Source: Candidatus Multivorans sp.
GTDB taxonomy: Bacteria > Acidobacteriota > Thermoanaerobaculia > Multivoradales > Multivoraceae
NCBI GenBank assembly: GCA_965224025.1
Contig: OZ245033.1
Span: 2,336,001 to 2,400,000 of the forward strand
Direction of reading: 5' to 3'
Length of the DNA stretch: 64,000 nt
Part shown: positions 47,652-56,933 of the stretch, one piece after another
How positions within the stretch are numbered: the first letter of the stretch is position 1
How the letters are laid out: every line of letters starts with the position of its first letter
Program-made: the position numbers and the translations under genes
Notes under the pieces: generated by a model
What the model was told of the DNA's origin: nothing
The model's input: only the letters and a program-made list of their open reading frames with translations
Database searches by the model: none

Positions 47652-49193
47652 TTGCACTCGACAACCGACGAACCGCGAACCGCCACGCCTGCGGAGGTCG
47701 CGCGGAGCGCGACGTTGGTTGCGTCGTTGACCGAGGCGCCCAGCGCGTCCGGCGACGAGTTGCGCGTGCTCTCGGAGCGCGCCGACTGCCTCGAGGTGCG
47801 CGTGGATCTGGTCGGTGAGATCGGCGCCGAGTGGTTGCGGGAACGATTTGCCGGCGAGCTGCTCTACACCTTGCGCAGCGAAGCGGAAGGCGGCCGCGGA
47901 CCGGTCGATGCGGGTCGGCGGGCCGTGCGGCTGGCTGCGGCCAACGGGTACGACCTGGTCGATCTCGAGGCAGACCGGGATCTCGGCCGCGACTCGCTGG
48001 CCGCGGTCGAGCCGAGCCGCCGGCTGGTGTCATGGCACGGCCGCGGCGCCAGCCTCAGGGCGCTGCGGGGCCGGCTCAGACAGTTCTCGGACGCGGAGGC
48101 GCGCCTCTACAAGCTCGTCACCGCTCCGAAGAGATCGGGTGAGGAACTGGCGCCGCTCGAACTGCTGCTCGAAACGGGCCGCACGGACGTCGCCGCGTTC
48201 GCGATGGGCGCCATCGGCGCCTGGACCCGGCAGGTGGCGCCACGGCTCGGGGCGCCGTGGGTCTACGCCGCCGCGGGCTCGGTCGCCGCCGCGCCCGGTC
48301 AACCGTCCATCGAGCGGCTGCGGGCCGACTACGGCCTGCCGGGCCTGCCCCAGGTGTCGAGGTTGTTCGGCGTCGTCGGGCGCCCGGCGGCGCACAGCCT
48401 GTCGCCGCGGCTCCACAACGCCGGCTACCGCGACCGCGGCGAGGCCGCGCTCTACGTCGCCTTCGACGCGCCGTGCTTCGAGACGTTCTGGAGCGAGGTC
48501 GCGCTGAGCGACTTCTTTGAGCGTGCGGGCATACCCCTGAGCGGCCTGAGCGTCACCGCGCCGCACAAGGCGGCGGCTCTGGCCGCCGCGGCGGAGGCCG
48601 GCGGCCTGGCGGCGCGAACCGGGGGCGCGAACACGCTGCTCCCGGGCCCCGGCGCCGCCGCCGACAGGCAATGGCGGGCCGAGAGCACGGACCCGGAGGG
48701 CGTCGTGGGGCCGCTGCGCCGGCGCGGGGTCGAGCTTTCGGGCCGCACTGTCGTGGTCATCGGCGCCGGCGGCGCCGGCCGGGCAGCGGCGGCGGGCCTG
48801 GCCGCCGCGGGCGCGGAGGTCGCGCTCGCCAACCGCACCGTCTCCAGCGGCCGGGCCGCCGCGGAGTTGCTCGGCGTGGCCTTCGTCCCGCTCGACGACC
48901 TGGCGCCCGGCGCGTTCGACGTCGTCGTCAACGCCACCTCGCTCGGCCACGATCCGGACGACCCGCTTCCCTGCGACCCGGATGCGCTGGGCGCCACGGC
49001 TGCCGCGGTGGAGCTGGTCTACGGCGGCGGACCGACCCCCTGGCGCCGGGCGCTTCGCGCGCGCGGCGTCCGGGTCGTGGACGGCCGGGAAGTGTTGCTG
49101 CACCAGGGTCTGGCGCAGTTCGCGGCGATGACGGGGAAGCGGCTTCCGTTCGAGGTCGGCGCCGCGGTGCTGGGGTTGGAGGCGACCCGATGA
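47652..49193 (+). CDS. Bifunctional type I 3-dehydroquinate dehydratase / shikimate dehydrogenase (AroD-AroE fusion)
   Basis: N-terminal DCLEVRVD, YTLRS..EGG, LVSWH and FAMG motifs. C-terminal HSLSPRLHN, SVTAPHK, IGAGGAGRA and VNATSLG motifs. Confidence 0.9.
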   Translation: MHSTTDEPRTATPAEVARSATLVASLTEAPSASGDELRVLSERADCLEVRVDLVGEIGAEWLRERFAGELLYTLRSEAEGGRGPVDAGRRAVRLAAANGYDLVDLEADRDLGRDSLAAVEPSRRLVSWHGRGASLRALRGRLRQFSDAEARLYKLVTAPKRSGEELAPLELLLETGRTDVAAFAMGAIGAWTRQVAPRLGAPWVYAAAGSVAAAPGQPSIERLRADYGLPGLPQVSRLFGVVGRPAAHSLSPRLHNAGYRDRGEAALYVAFDAPCFETFWSEVALSDFFERAGIPLSGLSVTAPHKAAALAAAAEAGGLAARTGGANTLLPGPGAAADRQWRAESTDPEGVVGPLRRRGVELSGRTVVVIGAGGAGRAAAAGLAAAGAEVALANRTVSSGRAAAELLGVAFVPLDDLAPGAFDVVVNATSLGHDPDDPLPCDPDALGATAAAVELVYGGGPTPWRRALRARGVRVVDGREVLLHQGLAQFAAMTGKRLPFEVGAAVLGLEATR

Positions 49194-50212
49194 AGATCTC
49201 CGCCGGCCTGCCGACCGGAGTGTCGGCTGCCCTCTTCGACAGCGTGAAGCGCCGCCGCCGGCTGGAGGCGCGTTTGACCGGGCTGCTCGAGCAACGCGGC
49301 TTCGGCGAGGTCCTTCTGCCCATCCTCGACTACTTCGAGCCGTACCGGCCGCTGCTGCAGGGGCGCCGGCTGGAGCAGCTCTACCGCTTCGTCGACCGGG
49401 ACGGTCAATTGCTCGTTCTGCGCGGCGACTTCACGCCGATGCTCGCGCGGCTGTTGGCCCCCCACCTGGACGACCTGGAACTGCCGCTCCGGCTCTACTA
49501 CCGCGGCGACGTGGTGCGGCACCAGCCTCTACGTCCCGGCCGGATGCGCGAGTACTCGCAGTTGGGCGCGGAGCTCTTGGGCGGCGACCGCACCGAGGCG
49601 GACGAACAGATGCTGACCCTGTTCCTCGACCTGCTGCTACAAGCCCGCGGCGGCGTCCCTGCGAACCCGGGTGGCGCGATCCGCGCACCCGGCGAAGTGG
49701 ATGACGCCGCGCTCCGGGTCGTCCTCGGCGTCGCCGGCGCCCTCGACGAGCCCCTGCTCTCCGCGGCCGGAGATGGCGCCGCCGGCGAACTGGCGCTGCG
49801 GATCGCAAGCCGCGACCGGCGGGCCGCGCGCCGGGCCGGTCTCGCCGATGTCGTAGAGGGCGGCTATCCGGAAGACGTCTCCGTGCTCGGGGGCGCCGCC
49901 GCCGCGGTGGCTGAACTGCTCTTGCTCCGCGACCGGCTTTCCGCCGAGTACCGCGACCTCGGCATCGAGGTAGAGGTCGATCTCGCCGAGTTCGCCGCCG
50001 CCGCCCTCGATCCGAGGGTCGGTGTTTCGGCTGGGCCGCGCGGCTACTACGACGGCCTCATGTTCGCGGCCTACGCGCCGGGTACGGCCTTGGCCTTGGG
50101 GGTCGGCGGCCGGTACGACAGGGTGTTCCGGTCGCTCAGCGGCGACTGCTCGGCGGTCGGCTTCTCGTTCGGCCTCGACCTGTTGACCGAACTGGCGGAG
50201 GGCCCGGCATGA
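49190..50212 (+). CDS. hisZ: ATP phosphoribosyltransferase regulatory subunit
   Basis: LPTGV, YRFVDRDGQLLVLRGDFT, REYSQLGAEL, YYDGLMF and GGRYD motifs; precedes a short hisG. Contains REP copy E. Confidence 0.9.
   Translation: MKISAGLPTGVSAALFDSVKRRRRLEARLTGLLEQRGFGEVLLPILDYFEPYRPLLQGRRLEQLYRFVDRDGQLLVLRGDFTPMLARLLAPHLDDLELPLRLYYRGDVVRHQPLRPGRMREYSQLGAELLGGDRTEADEQMLTLFLDLLLQARGGVPANPGGAIRAPGEVDDAALRVVLGVAGALDEPLLSAAGDGAAGELALRIASRDRRAARRAGLADVVEGGYPEDVSVLGGAAAAVAELLLLRDRLSAEYRDLGIEVEVDLAEFAAAALDPRVGVSAGPRGYYDGLMFAAYAPGTALALGVGGRYDRVFRSLSGDCSAVGFSFGLDLLTELAEGPA
49657..49696 (+). repeat. REP-like element copy E, in frame inside hisZ
   Basis: CCCTGCGAACCCGGGTGGCGCGATCCGCGCACCCGGCGAA, read as PANPGGAIRAPGE. 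Confidence 0.75.
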
Positions 50213-50847
50213 TCACGTTCGGCCTGCCGAAGGGACGCAACCTGGGACCGGCACGCGACGCGCTTGCCGCCGCGGGCATGGGTCTCACCGATCTCGATGC
50301 CTCGCGCCTGCGCCAGCGCTTCGGAGGCGTTGGGGTGTTGGGGGTCGAGGTCGAGGTGCTGCTGCTCAAGGACTGGGACCTGCCGCTCTATGTCGAGCAC
50401 GGGATCGTCGACTGCGCGATCGTCGGCAGCGACGTGCTGGAGGAGACCCGGCCCGACGTCTTCCAGCCATTGCGCCTCCTGGACGGCCGTAGCCGCCTGT
50501 CGTTGATTGCCGAGACGCCGGAACTGCCGCGGCGGAGCGGCCAACTCCGCGCGGCGACGCGCTATCCGGCGTGGGCGGCGCGGCTTCTTGCCGCCCGCAA
50601 CCTGCACGTCGAGGTGCTGAGCCTGACCAGCTCGATCGAACTCGGGCCCCTGCTCGATCTCACCGACATTGCGGTCGACATCGTGCAGACCGGCGCCACG
50701 CTCAGGACCCACGACCTGCACGAGGTCGAGGTGCTGGCAGAGGTGGCGCCGACCTTCGTGGTCAACCGGGCTTCGCTCCACGCCCACCGGCGCCGGCTGA
50801 GCCGGCTGCTGCGCGCGCTCGAAGAAACGGGGGCCGCCGGTGACTGA
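50209..50847 (+). CDS. hisG: ATP phosphoribosyltransferase, short form
   Basis: LPKGR, DLPLYVEHGIVDCAIVGSDVL and DIVQTGATL motifs. Confidence 0.95.
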   Translation: MITFGLPKGRNLGPARDALAAAGMGLTDLDASRLRQRFGGVGVLGVEVEVLLLKDWDLPLYVEHGIVDCAIVGSDVLEETRPDVFQPLRLLDGRSRLSLIAETPELPRRSGQLRAATRYPAWAARLLAARNLHVEVLSLTSSIELGPLLDLTDIAVDIVQTGATLRTHDLHEVEVLAEVAPTFVVNRASLHAHRRRLSRLLRALEETGAAGD

Positions 50848-52276
50848 GGTCCGTAGCGGGGGAGCGTTGCAGGTCCTGGCGGCGGACAGCCGTGCCGGGC
50901 GGGAGCGCCTGGGACTCCTCGACCGGCGCGGCCGGGGCGGTATCGCGGCCGAGATCGGCCGTGCCGCCGCGGAGATCGTCGACCGTGTCCGCAGCGGCGG
51001 GGACGCGGCCCTTGTCGAGGCGGTCCGCCGCTACGACGGCTTCGACGCGCCTTCGGCCGGCGCGTTGCGACTAGGCGGCGCCCCCGGGAACCCGGGTGAC
51101 GCGATCCGCGCCATTCGCGAACCACTCCGTGCGCCCGTCATCGGGCGCACGGATGGAACGCGGGCGTCTCGCCCGCATCCGGATTCTGAGAGCATCGACC
51201 CCGCCGTCCTCACCGCCATCGAACGCGCACGGACCGCCATCGACGTCTACCACCGCGCACAGCCGCACGGTCCGGGTGTCCAGCGCCTGGAACGGGACGG
51301 CGTGTCGATCGAGGAGCGCCGGCTGCCGATCCGCCGGGTCGGGATCTATGTGCCGGGCGGGCGGTTCCCCTATTCCTCTACGGTCCTGATGACCGCGGTG
51401 CCGGCACGGCTCGCGGGCGTCGAGGAACTCGTCGTCGCCACGCCGCCCGGTGCCTACCTCGAGAGCCCGGTGCTGCGGCACGTGCTCGACCTGGTCGGAG
51501 TGGACGAGGTCTGGGGGATGGGCGGCGCGCACGGCATTGCGGCGCTGGCCTACGGCACCGAGTCGGTCCGGCCGGTCGACCTGATCGCCGGCCCCGGGAA
51601 CGCCTGGGTGGCGGCCGCGAAGCAGCACGTGGCGGTCGACGTGGGCGTGGACCGCGACGCGGGTCCGTCCGAGGTCGTCATCGTGGCGGCCGATGGCGCT
51701 CCCGCCGGCTGGGTCGCGGCCGACCTGCTGGCCCAGGCGGAGCACGATCCCCTGGCGGTCGCGGTCCTGGTCACGGACTCCGCGGCGCTTGCCGACCGGG
51801 TCGCGTCGGAGGTGGACGGGCAGCTCGCGCAGCTTTCCACCGCCGACACCGCCGCGGCGGCGCTCGAAGCGCACGGCGCGGCCTTCGTCGCGGCCGACCT
51901 GGACGGTGCGCTCGTGCTGGCCGAACGGCTGGCGCCGGAGCATCTGCAACTGATCGGCGCGGACGCGGAAGCGCGCGCGGACGAGGTGCGCCATGCCGGC
52001 GCGGTGTTCGTGGGAGCTCCGTCGCCGGTGGTGTTCGGGGACTACGTGGCCGGACCCAGCCACGTGTTGCCCACGGGCGGCAGCGCTCGCTTCGCCTCCG
52101 GTCTCGGGATTGAGGACTTCGTGCGGCGCAGTCACACGGTTCGCTTTTCCGACGAGGCCTCGAAGGCTTGGGCCGGCGCCGCCGCGACGCTGGCGGCCAC
52201 CGAGGGCCTGGCGGCCCATGCCGCGGCGGCCAGATTGCGTCTCGGTGGGGGAAAGTGTCGGGAGGAAGAGCCGTGA
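50840..52276 (+). CDS. hisD: Histidinol dehydrogenase (with in-frame repeat insertion)
   Basis: VGIYVPGG, GPGNAWVAAAK, AGPSE, QAEHD, APEHL and GPSHVLPT motifs. Confidence 0.96.
   Translation: MTEVRSGGALQVLAADSRAGRERLGLLDRRGRGGIAAEIGRAAAEIVDRVRSGGDAALVEAVRRYDGFDAPSAGALRLGGAPGNPGDAIRAIREPLRAPVIGRTDGTRASRPHPDSESIDPAVLTAIERARTAIDVYHRAQPHGPGVQRLERDGVSIEERRLPIRRVGIYVPGGRFPYSSTVLMTAVPARLAGVEELVVATPPGAYLESPVLRHVLDLVGVDEVWGMGGAHGIAALAYGTESVRPVDLIAGPGNAWVAAAKQHVAVDVGVDRDAGPSEVVIVAADGAPAGWVAADLLAQAEHDPLAVAVLVTDSAALADRVASEVDGQLAQLSTADTAAAALEAHGAAFVAADLDGALVLAERLAPEHLQLIGADAEARADEVRHAGAVFVGAPSPVVFGDYVAGPSHVLPTGGSARFASGLGIEDFVRRSHTVRFSDEASKAWAGAAATLAATEGLAAHAAAARLRLGGGKCREEEP
51081..51182 (+). repeat. REP-like element copy F, near full length, in frame inside hisD
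   Basis: Colinear with copy A, including the identical CGCGAACCACTCCGTGCGCCCGTC..CGGGCGCACGGATGGAACGCGGGC core. Confidence 0.92.
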
Positions 52277-53385
52277 GCGCCTCCAACCAGGGCGCCGGCG
52301 CCTTCGTCAGGCCTGAGTTCCACCGCCTGCCGGCGTACTCGCTCCACCGGGTGACGTGCCGCTACCGGCTCGACCAGAACGAGGCGCCGTGGGATCTGCC
52401 GCGCGCGCTCAAGCGCGAGGCGCTGGCGCGTCTGGCCGAGCGCACCTGGGCCCATTACCCGGACTTCCACGCCGAGCGTCTGCGGCGTCTGCTCGGCGGC
52501 CTCAACGACTGGCCGGCGGAGGGCGTGCTGGTCGGGAACGGTTCCGGCGAGCTCCTCACGACGGTGCTCGAAGGCGTCGTGCGCCCCGGCCAGGAGGTGC
52601 TCGCCTGCGAGCCGTGCTTCAGTCTCTACGAGACCTTCGTCCGGCGGGCCGCCGGCGTGCCGCGGTTCCTCGAACCGGCGCCGGACCTGGCGCTGCAGAC
52701 CGACGAGCTCCAGGCCCAGACCGAGCGCGACCCGAGCCGGCCGGTGATCCTGTGTACGCCGAACAACCCGACCGGTACGGCCGCGGATCCCGCTACGGTG
52801 GAGCGCCTTCTGGGCGCACTCGAGGCGCCGCTGCTGCTCGACAACGCGTACGGCGAGTTCTGCCGCCACGACTACCGGCCGCTGCTGCGCGGCCACTCGA
52901 ACCTGATCCTGTTCCGGACCCTGTCCAAGGCCTGGTCCCTGGCCGGTATCCGCCTCGGCTACGTGCTTGCGGACCCGGACCTGGTGGCGGAGCTGATCAA
53001 GGTCAAGCTGCCTTACAACGTCGGCCACGCGGCGGCGGTCATCGGCGAAGTGGCGCTCGAACACGCCGACCGGCTTCTGCCGCGCGTCGCCCAGGTGCGG
53101 GCGCGCAGGGAGCAGTGGGCGGTCATGCTGCGGGAGTTCGGTTTCGAGGTCCTCGACTCGGAGGCCAACTTCCTGCTCGCGCGCCATCCCCGCTGCGCCG
53201 AGATCCGCGACGGTCTTGCCACCGGGGGTGTGCTGGTGCGCGACGTGAGCCGGTACCCGGGTCTGGCCAACTGCCTGAGAATCGGAATCGGCGGCGGTCC
53301 GGCGTTGCGCGCGACGCGACGCGCCCTGGTCGGGATGCTGACGCCGACCGGAAGCGACGGCACGAGTGAGGGAGAGATGCCATGA
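52273..53385 (+). CDS. hisC: Histidinol-phosphate aminotransferase
   Basis: LDQNE, GNGSGE, PNNPTG and RTLSKAWSLAGIRLGY motifs. Confidence 0.95.
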   Translation: MSASNQGAGAFVRPEFHRLPAYSLHRVTCRYRLDQNEAPWDLPRALKREALARLAERTWAHYPDFHAERLRRLLGGLNDWPAEGVLVGNGSGELLTTVLEGVVRPGQEVLACEPCFSLYETFVRRAAGVPRFLEPAPDLALQTDELQAQTERDPSRPVILCTPNNPTGTAADPATVERLLGALEAPLLLDNAYGEFCRHDYRPLLRGHSNLILFRTLSKAWSLAGIRLGYVLADPDLVAELIKVKLPYNVGHAAAVIGEVALEHADRLLPRVAQVRARREQWAVMLREFGFEVLDSEANFLLARHPRCAEIRDGLATGGVLVRDVSRYPGLANCLRIGIGGGPALRATRRALVGMLTPTGSDGTSEGEMP

Positions 53386-53981
53386 GACGAGCGTCCATCG
53401 ATCGAAAGACGTCCGAAACCCACGTCCGCGCCGACCTGTCGCTCGACGGCGGCCCGTGCCGGCTGGACACGCCGAACGGTTTCTTCTCGCACATGCTGGA
53501 CGCGCTGTCGCGCCACGGCGGTCTCGGGCTCGACCTCGAAGCCCACGGCGATACGGACATCGACCTCCACCACACGGTGGAGGACGTAGGCATCGTGCTC
53601 GGCGACGCGCTGCGGGAGGCCCTCGGCGACCGCGCCGGGGTGCGGCGCTTCGCCCACGCCTTCGCACCGCTCGACGAGGCGCTGGCGCGCGCCGTGATCG
53701 ACCTCTCGGGCCGCGGCTCGTTCCACTTCCGGTTGCCCGCGGAGCTGGAGCACGCCTGGGTCACGACCGAGTTCCCGCTCACCCTGATGGGCGACTTCTT
53801 CGGCGCCTTCGCCGGCCGCGGACGGCTGACGCTGCACCTGGACGTCCTCTGTGGCCGCAACCCGCACCATGTCGCGGAGGCGTCGTTCAAGGCGGTGGCT
53901 CTGGCGCTGCGGGAGGCGGTGTCCCTGCGGCCGGGGAATGCGGCCGAGGCGCCGAGCACGAAGGGGAGCCTGACGGCATGA
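53382..53981 (+). CDS. hisB: Imidazoleglycerol-phosphate dehydratase
   Basis: RKTSET, FFSHML, DLHHTVED and NPHHVAEASFKA motifs. Confidence 0.96.
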   Translation: MRRASIDRKTSETHVRADLSLDGGPCRLDTPNGFFSHMLDALSRHGGLGLDLEAHGDTDIDLHHTVEDVGIVLGDALREALGDRAGVRRFAHAFAPLDEALARAVIDLSGRGSFHFRLPAELEHAWVTTEFPLTLMGDFFGAFAGRGRLTLHLDVLCGRNPHHVAEASFKAVALALREAVSLRPGNAAEAPSTKGSLTA

Positions 53982-54676
53982 CCGGAGCGGCGAGCAATAC
54001 CCCGGCGAGCAACCCGGCAATCCACGCGACGGTGATCGACGCCGGCGTCGGCAACATCGGCAACCTGGTGCGGGCGCTCCGCCACTTGGGCGCCGAGGTC
54101 GAGACCACCTGCGACCCGGCGGTGATTCGCAAGGCTCGCTGCCTGGTGCTGCCGGGCGTCGGCGCCTTCCGGCCGCCGCGCGAAGTACTGCGCGGGGCGC
54201 CCGAGGAGGCGATCCGGACCGCGCTCGAAGACGGCGCCTGCCTGCTCGGCATCTGCATCGGCTACCAACTCCTGTTCGACAGCAGCGAGGAGTTCGGCAT
54301 GACGGACGGTCTCGGCCTTCTCACAGGCCGCGTCACCAAGTTGCCGGGCGGCGTGCCCTTGCCTCACATCGGCTGGAACCGCGTCTTCGGCGTCGCGGAT
54401 CATCCCCTGCTCGCCGGCGCGGCCGAGGACGACCACTACTACTTCGTCCACTCGTTCGCGCCCGAGGCCGTGCCGGAGGAGAGCGTGCTGGGCCGCTGCC
54501 GGCACGGCCGCAGTTTCCCCGCGATCACGGGCCGCGGCCGCATCGCGGGCACCCAGTTTCATCCCGAGAAGAGCGGCGCCGCCGGCCTGGGGCTGTTGCG
54601 CAACTACCTGGCCTGGGCCGGCGGCGCGGCTGACGGAGCCGACGGAGGAAACGGTGCAACTGCTGCCGGCGATTGA
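53978..54676 (+). CDS. hisH: Imidazole glycerol phosphate synthase, glutaminase subunit
   Basis: LPGVGAF, LGICIGYQ, PHIGWN, YFVHS and QFHPEKS motifs. Confidence 0.96.
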   Translation: MTGAASNTPASNPAIHATVIDAGVGNIGNLVRALRHLGAEVETTCDPAVIRKARCLVLPGVGAFRPPREVLRGAPEEAIRTALEDGACLLGICIGYQLLFDSSEEFGMTDGLGLLTGRVTKLPGGVPLPHIGWNRVFGVADHPLLAGAAEDDHYYFVHSFAPEAVPEESVLGRCRHGRSFPAITGRGRIAGTQFHPEKSGAAGLGLLRNYLAWAGGAADGADGGNGATAAGD

Positions 54677-55412
54677 TCTGCGCGGCGGTCAGATCGTGCG
54701 TCTCGAACGCGGCGACGACGGTCGGCGCACGGTCTACGGCGCCGATCCCTGTAACGCGCTTCGCCGCTACCGCCAGGCCGGGGTGTCCCGTATCCACATC
54801 GTCGACCTGGACGCGGCGTTCGGCGGCGCCCAACAGCGCGAACTGGCCGGGGAACTCGCGCGGCGGGCTGCGCCCGGCGGTATTCAGCTCGGTGGCGGCC
54901 TGCGCGACCGCGAGTCCGTCGAGTGGGCCTTCGCCGCCGGCTGCGAGCGGGCGGTGGTGACCTCCCTGATCGTCCGCAACTTCGACGTGTTCGCCGGCCT
55001 CTGTCGCGACTACCCGGGGCGCATGGTGGCGGCGCTCGACATCGACGGCGGCGAAGTGCGGCTGGCGGGCTGGACCGAATCGGCCGACCGCTCGCCCGCC
55101 GCCCTGTGCGCGCAACTTGCCGGACTGCCGATCGCGGCCGTGCTGGTCACCGACATCTCGCGCGACGGGATGATGCAGGGCCCGAACATCGACCTGGCCT
55201 GCGAGATCGGCGCCATGGCAGGCGCGCCGGCGATCCTCTCGGGCGGCGTGCGTTCGGCGGCTGACCTGGAGGCCGCGGCCCGGCGACCCGAGCTCGAAGC
55301 CGCGATCGTCGGCCGCGCGCTCTACGACGGTTCGCTGACCCTCGACCAGGGGATAGCGGCCTGCGACGGGGCGGGAACACGCGCCGGAGCCGCTTCGGGG
55401 AGCGCGTCGTGA
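54654..55412 (+). CDS. hisA: ProFAR isomerase
   Basis: [23 protein letters not shown] and TDISRDG motifs. Confidence 0.95.
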   Translation: MQLLPAIDLRGGQIVRLERGDDGRRTVYGADPCNALRRYRQAGVSRIHIVDLDAAFGGAQQRELAGELARRAAPGGIQLGGGLRDRESVEWAFAAGCERAVVTSLIVRNFDVFAGLCRDYPGRMVAALDIDGGEVRLAGWTESADRSPAALCAQLAGLPIAAVLVTDISRDGMMQGPNIDLACEIGAMAGAPAILSGGVRSAADLEAAARRPELEAAIVGRALYDGSLTLDQGIAACDGAGTRAGAASGSAS

Positions 55413-56197
55413 GAGCCACCATCGAACCGACCGGCCTCACGCGCCGCATCATCCCCTGCCTGGACGTAGCCGCCGGCCGGGTGGTCAAGGGCGTCCAGTT
55501 CAAGAACCTGACCGATCACGGCGACCCGACCGAGGCCGCGGCCCGCTACGCCGCGGAAGGCGCCGACGAGATCGTGTTCCTCGACATCACCGCCGCGCCC
55601 GAGCGGCGCGACACGGACCTCGACTGGGTGCGCCGGACCGCCGAGCAGGTGTTCATTCCGCTCAGCGTCGGCGGCGGCGTGCGCAGCACGGGCGACGGCC
55701 GCAAGTTGCTCCTCGCCGGCGCCGACAAGCTGGGGATCAACACCGCCGCGGTCGCCGAGCCCGAGCTGCTGACGCGCCTCGCCGAGCGCTTCGGAAGTCA
55801 GTGCGTCGTGCTCTCGGTCGACGCCAAGCGGCACCAGGAAGCCGGGGCCGACCAGAGCTGGGAGGTCGTCACGCACGGCGGCCGCACGCCGACCGGGCTC
55901 GACGCGCTGGAGTGGATCGAGGAGGGAATCGAGCGCGGCGCCGGCGAGATCCTGCTCACCAGCATCGACAGCGACGGCATGAAGAGCGGTTACGACCTGG
56001 AGCTGCTGCGGCGGGCGTCGGCGCTGTCGCCGGCGCCGGTCATCGCCTCCGGCGGCGCCGGCACCCTGGAACACCTGGCCGACGCCCTGGAGACCGACGC
56101 CGCGGCCGTGCTCGCCGCGTCGATCTTCCATCAGTCCACCTACTCGGTGGGCGCGGTCAAGGAGTACCTCGGCCGCCGCTATCCGATCCGCATGTGA
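55409..56197 (+). CDS. hisF: Imidazole glycerol phosphate synthase, cyclase subunit
   Basis: [26 protein letters not shown] and LAASIFH motifs. Confidence 0.97.
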   Translation: MRATIEPTGLTRRIIPCLDVAAGRVVKGVQFKNLTDHGDPTEAAARYAAEGADEIVFLDITAAPERRDTDLDWVRRTAEQVFIPLSVGGGVRSTGDGRKLLLAGADKLGINTAAVAEPELLTRLAERFGSQCVVLSVDAKRHQEAGADQSWEVVTHGGRTPTGLDALEWIEEGIERGAGEILLTSIDSDGMKSGYDLELLRRASALSPAPVIASGGAGTLEHLADALETDAAAVLAASIFHQSTYSVGAVKEYLGRRYPIRM

Positions 56198-56220
56198 TGA
56201 GGAATCGAGGAGACCAGGAC

Positions 56221-56283
56221 ATGACGGCGACGGCGATCGACCCCGCGGCGCTCACCTACTTCGACCGAGGTCTGCTGCCGTGA
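56221..56283 (+). other. 20-codon duplicate of the HisI N-terminus as a separate mini-ORF
   Basis: MTATAIDPAALTYFDRGLLP* with its own RBS (GAGGAG). The stop overlaps the GTG of hisIE. Confidence 0.75.
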
Positions 56284-56933
56284 CCGCAACCGCCATCGAC
56301 CCGGCGGCTCTCGCCTACGACGACCGGGGCCTGCTGCCCGTCGTGGTTCAGGACGTGCTCTCGGGCGCGGTGCTGATGCTTGCCTGCGCCAACCGGGAGG
56401 CGGTGGAGCTCACGCTCGCCACCGGCGAGGCCCACTTCTACAGCCGCTCGCGGCAGGAGCTCTGGCGCAAGGGCGCGACCTCGGGCAACACGCTGGCAGT
56501 GGTCGAAGTGCTCCAGGACTGCGACCGGGACGCGCTCCTGGTGCGGGCGCTGCCGGCCGGTCCTGCCTGCCACAACAACACGAGGAGCTGCTTCGAGCCG
56601 AACGCCGCCGAGTGCGAACTCGGCTGGCTGGCGCGTGTGCTCGCCGAACGGGCGTCCGCGTCGCCGGAGGCGAGCTACACGGCCCGCCTCCTCGACCAGG
56701 GAGTCGACCGGATCGCACGCAAGGTCGCGGAGGAAGCGGGCGAGACCGTGATCGCCGGCGTCCGGGCCGACGCCGAGCCCGAGTCAGCCGAGCGCCGCGC
56801 CGATCTCGCGGCCGAAGCCGCCGATCTCGCCTACCACCTTCTGGTGCTGCTCCAGGCGACCGGCGTCGGGATCGCCGACGTGGCCGCCGAGTTGGGTCGC
56901 CGCCACCACGCCGCGGGAAGGTCGTCGTCATGA
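56280..56933 (+). CDS. hisIE: Bifunctional PR-AMP cyclohydrolase / PR-ATP pyrophosphatase
   Basis: SRSRQELWRKGATSGN, DCDRD, GPACH, SYTARL, KVAEEA and EAADLAYH motifs. Confidence 0.95.
   Translation: MTATAIDPAALAYDDRGLLPVVVQDVLSGAVLMLACANREAVELTLATGEAHFYSRSRQELWRKGATSGNTLAVVEVLQDCDRDALLVRALPAGPACHNNTRSCFEPNAAECELGWLARVLAERASASPEASYTARLLDQGVDRIARKVAEEAGETVIAGVRADAEPESAERRADLAAEAADLAYHLLVLLQATGVGIADVAAELGRRHHAAGRSSS

Noticed and set aside
47652-49193. AroD-AroE fusion as a novelty
   Set aside because: Bifunctional DHQase-shikimate dehydrogenases are already known in plants and several bacterial phyla.
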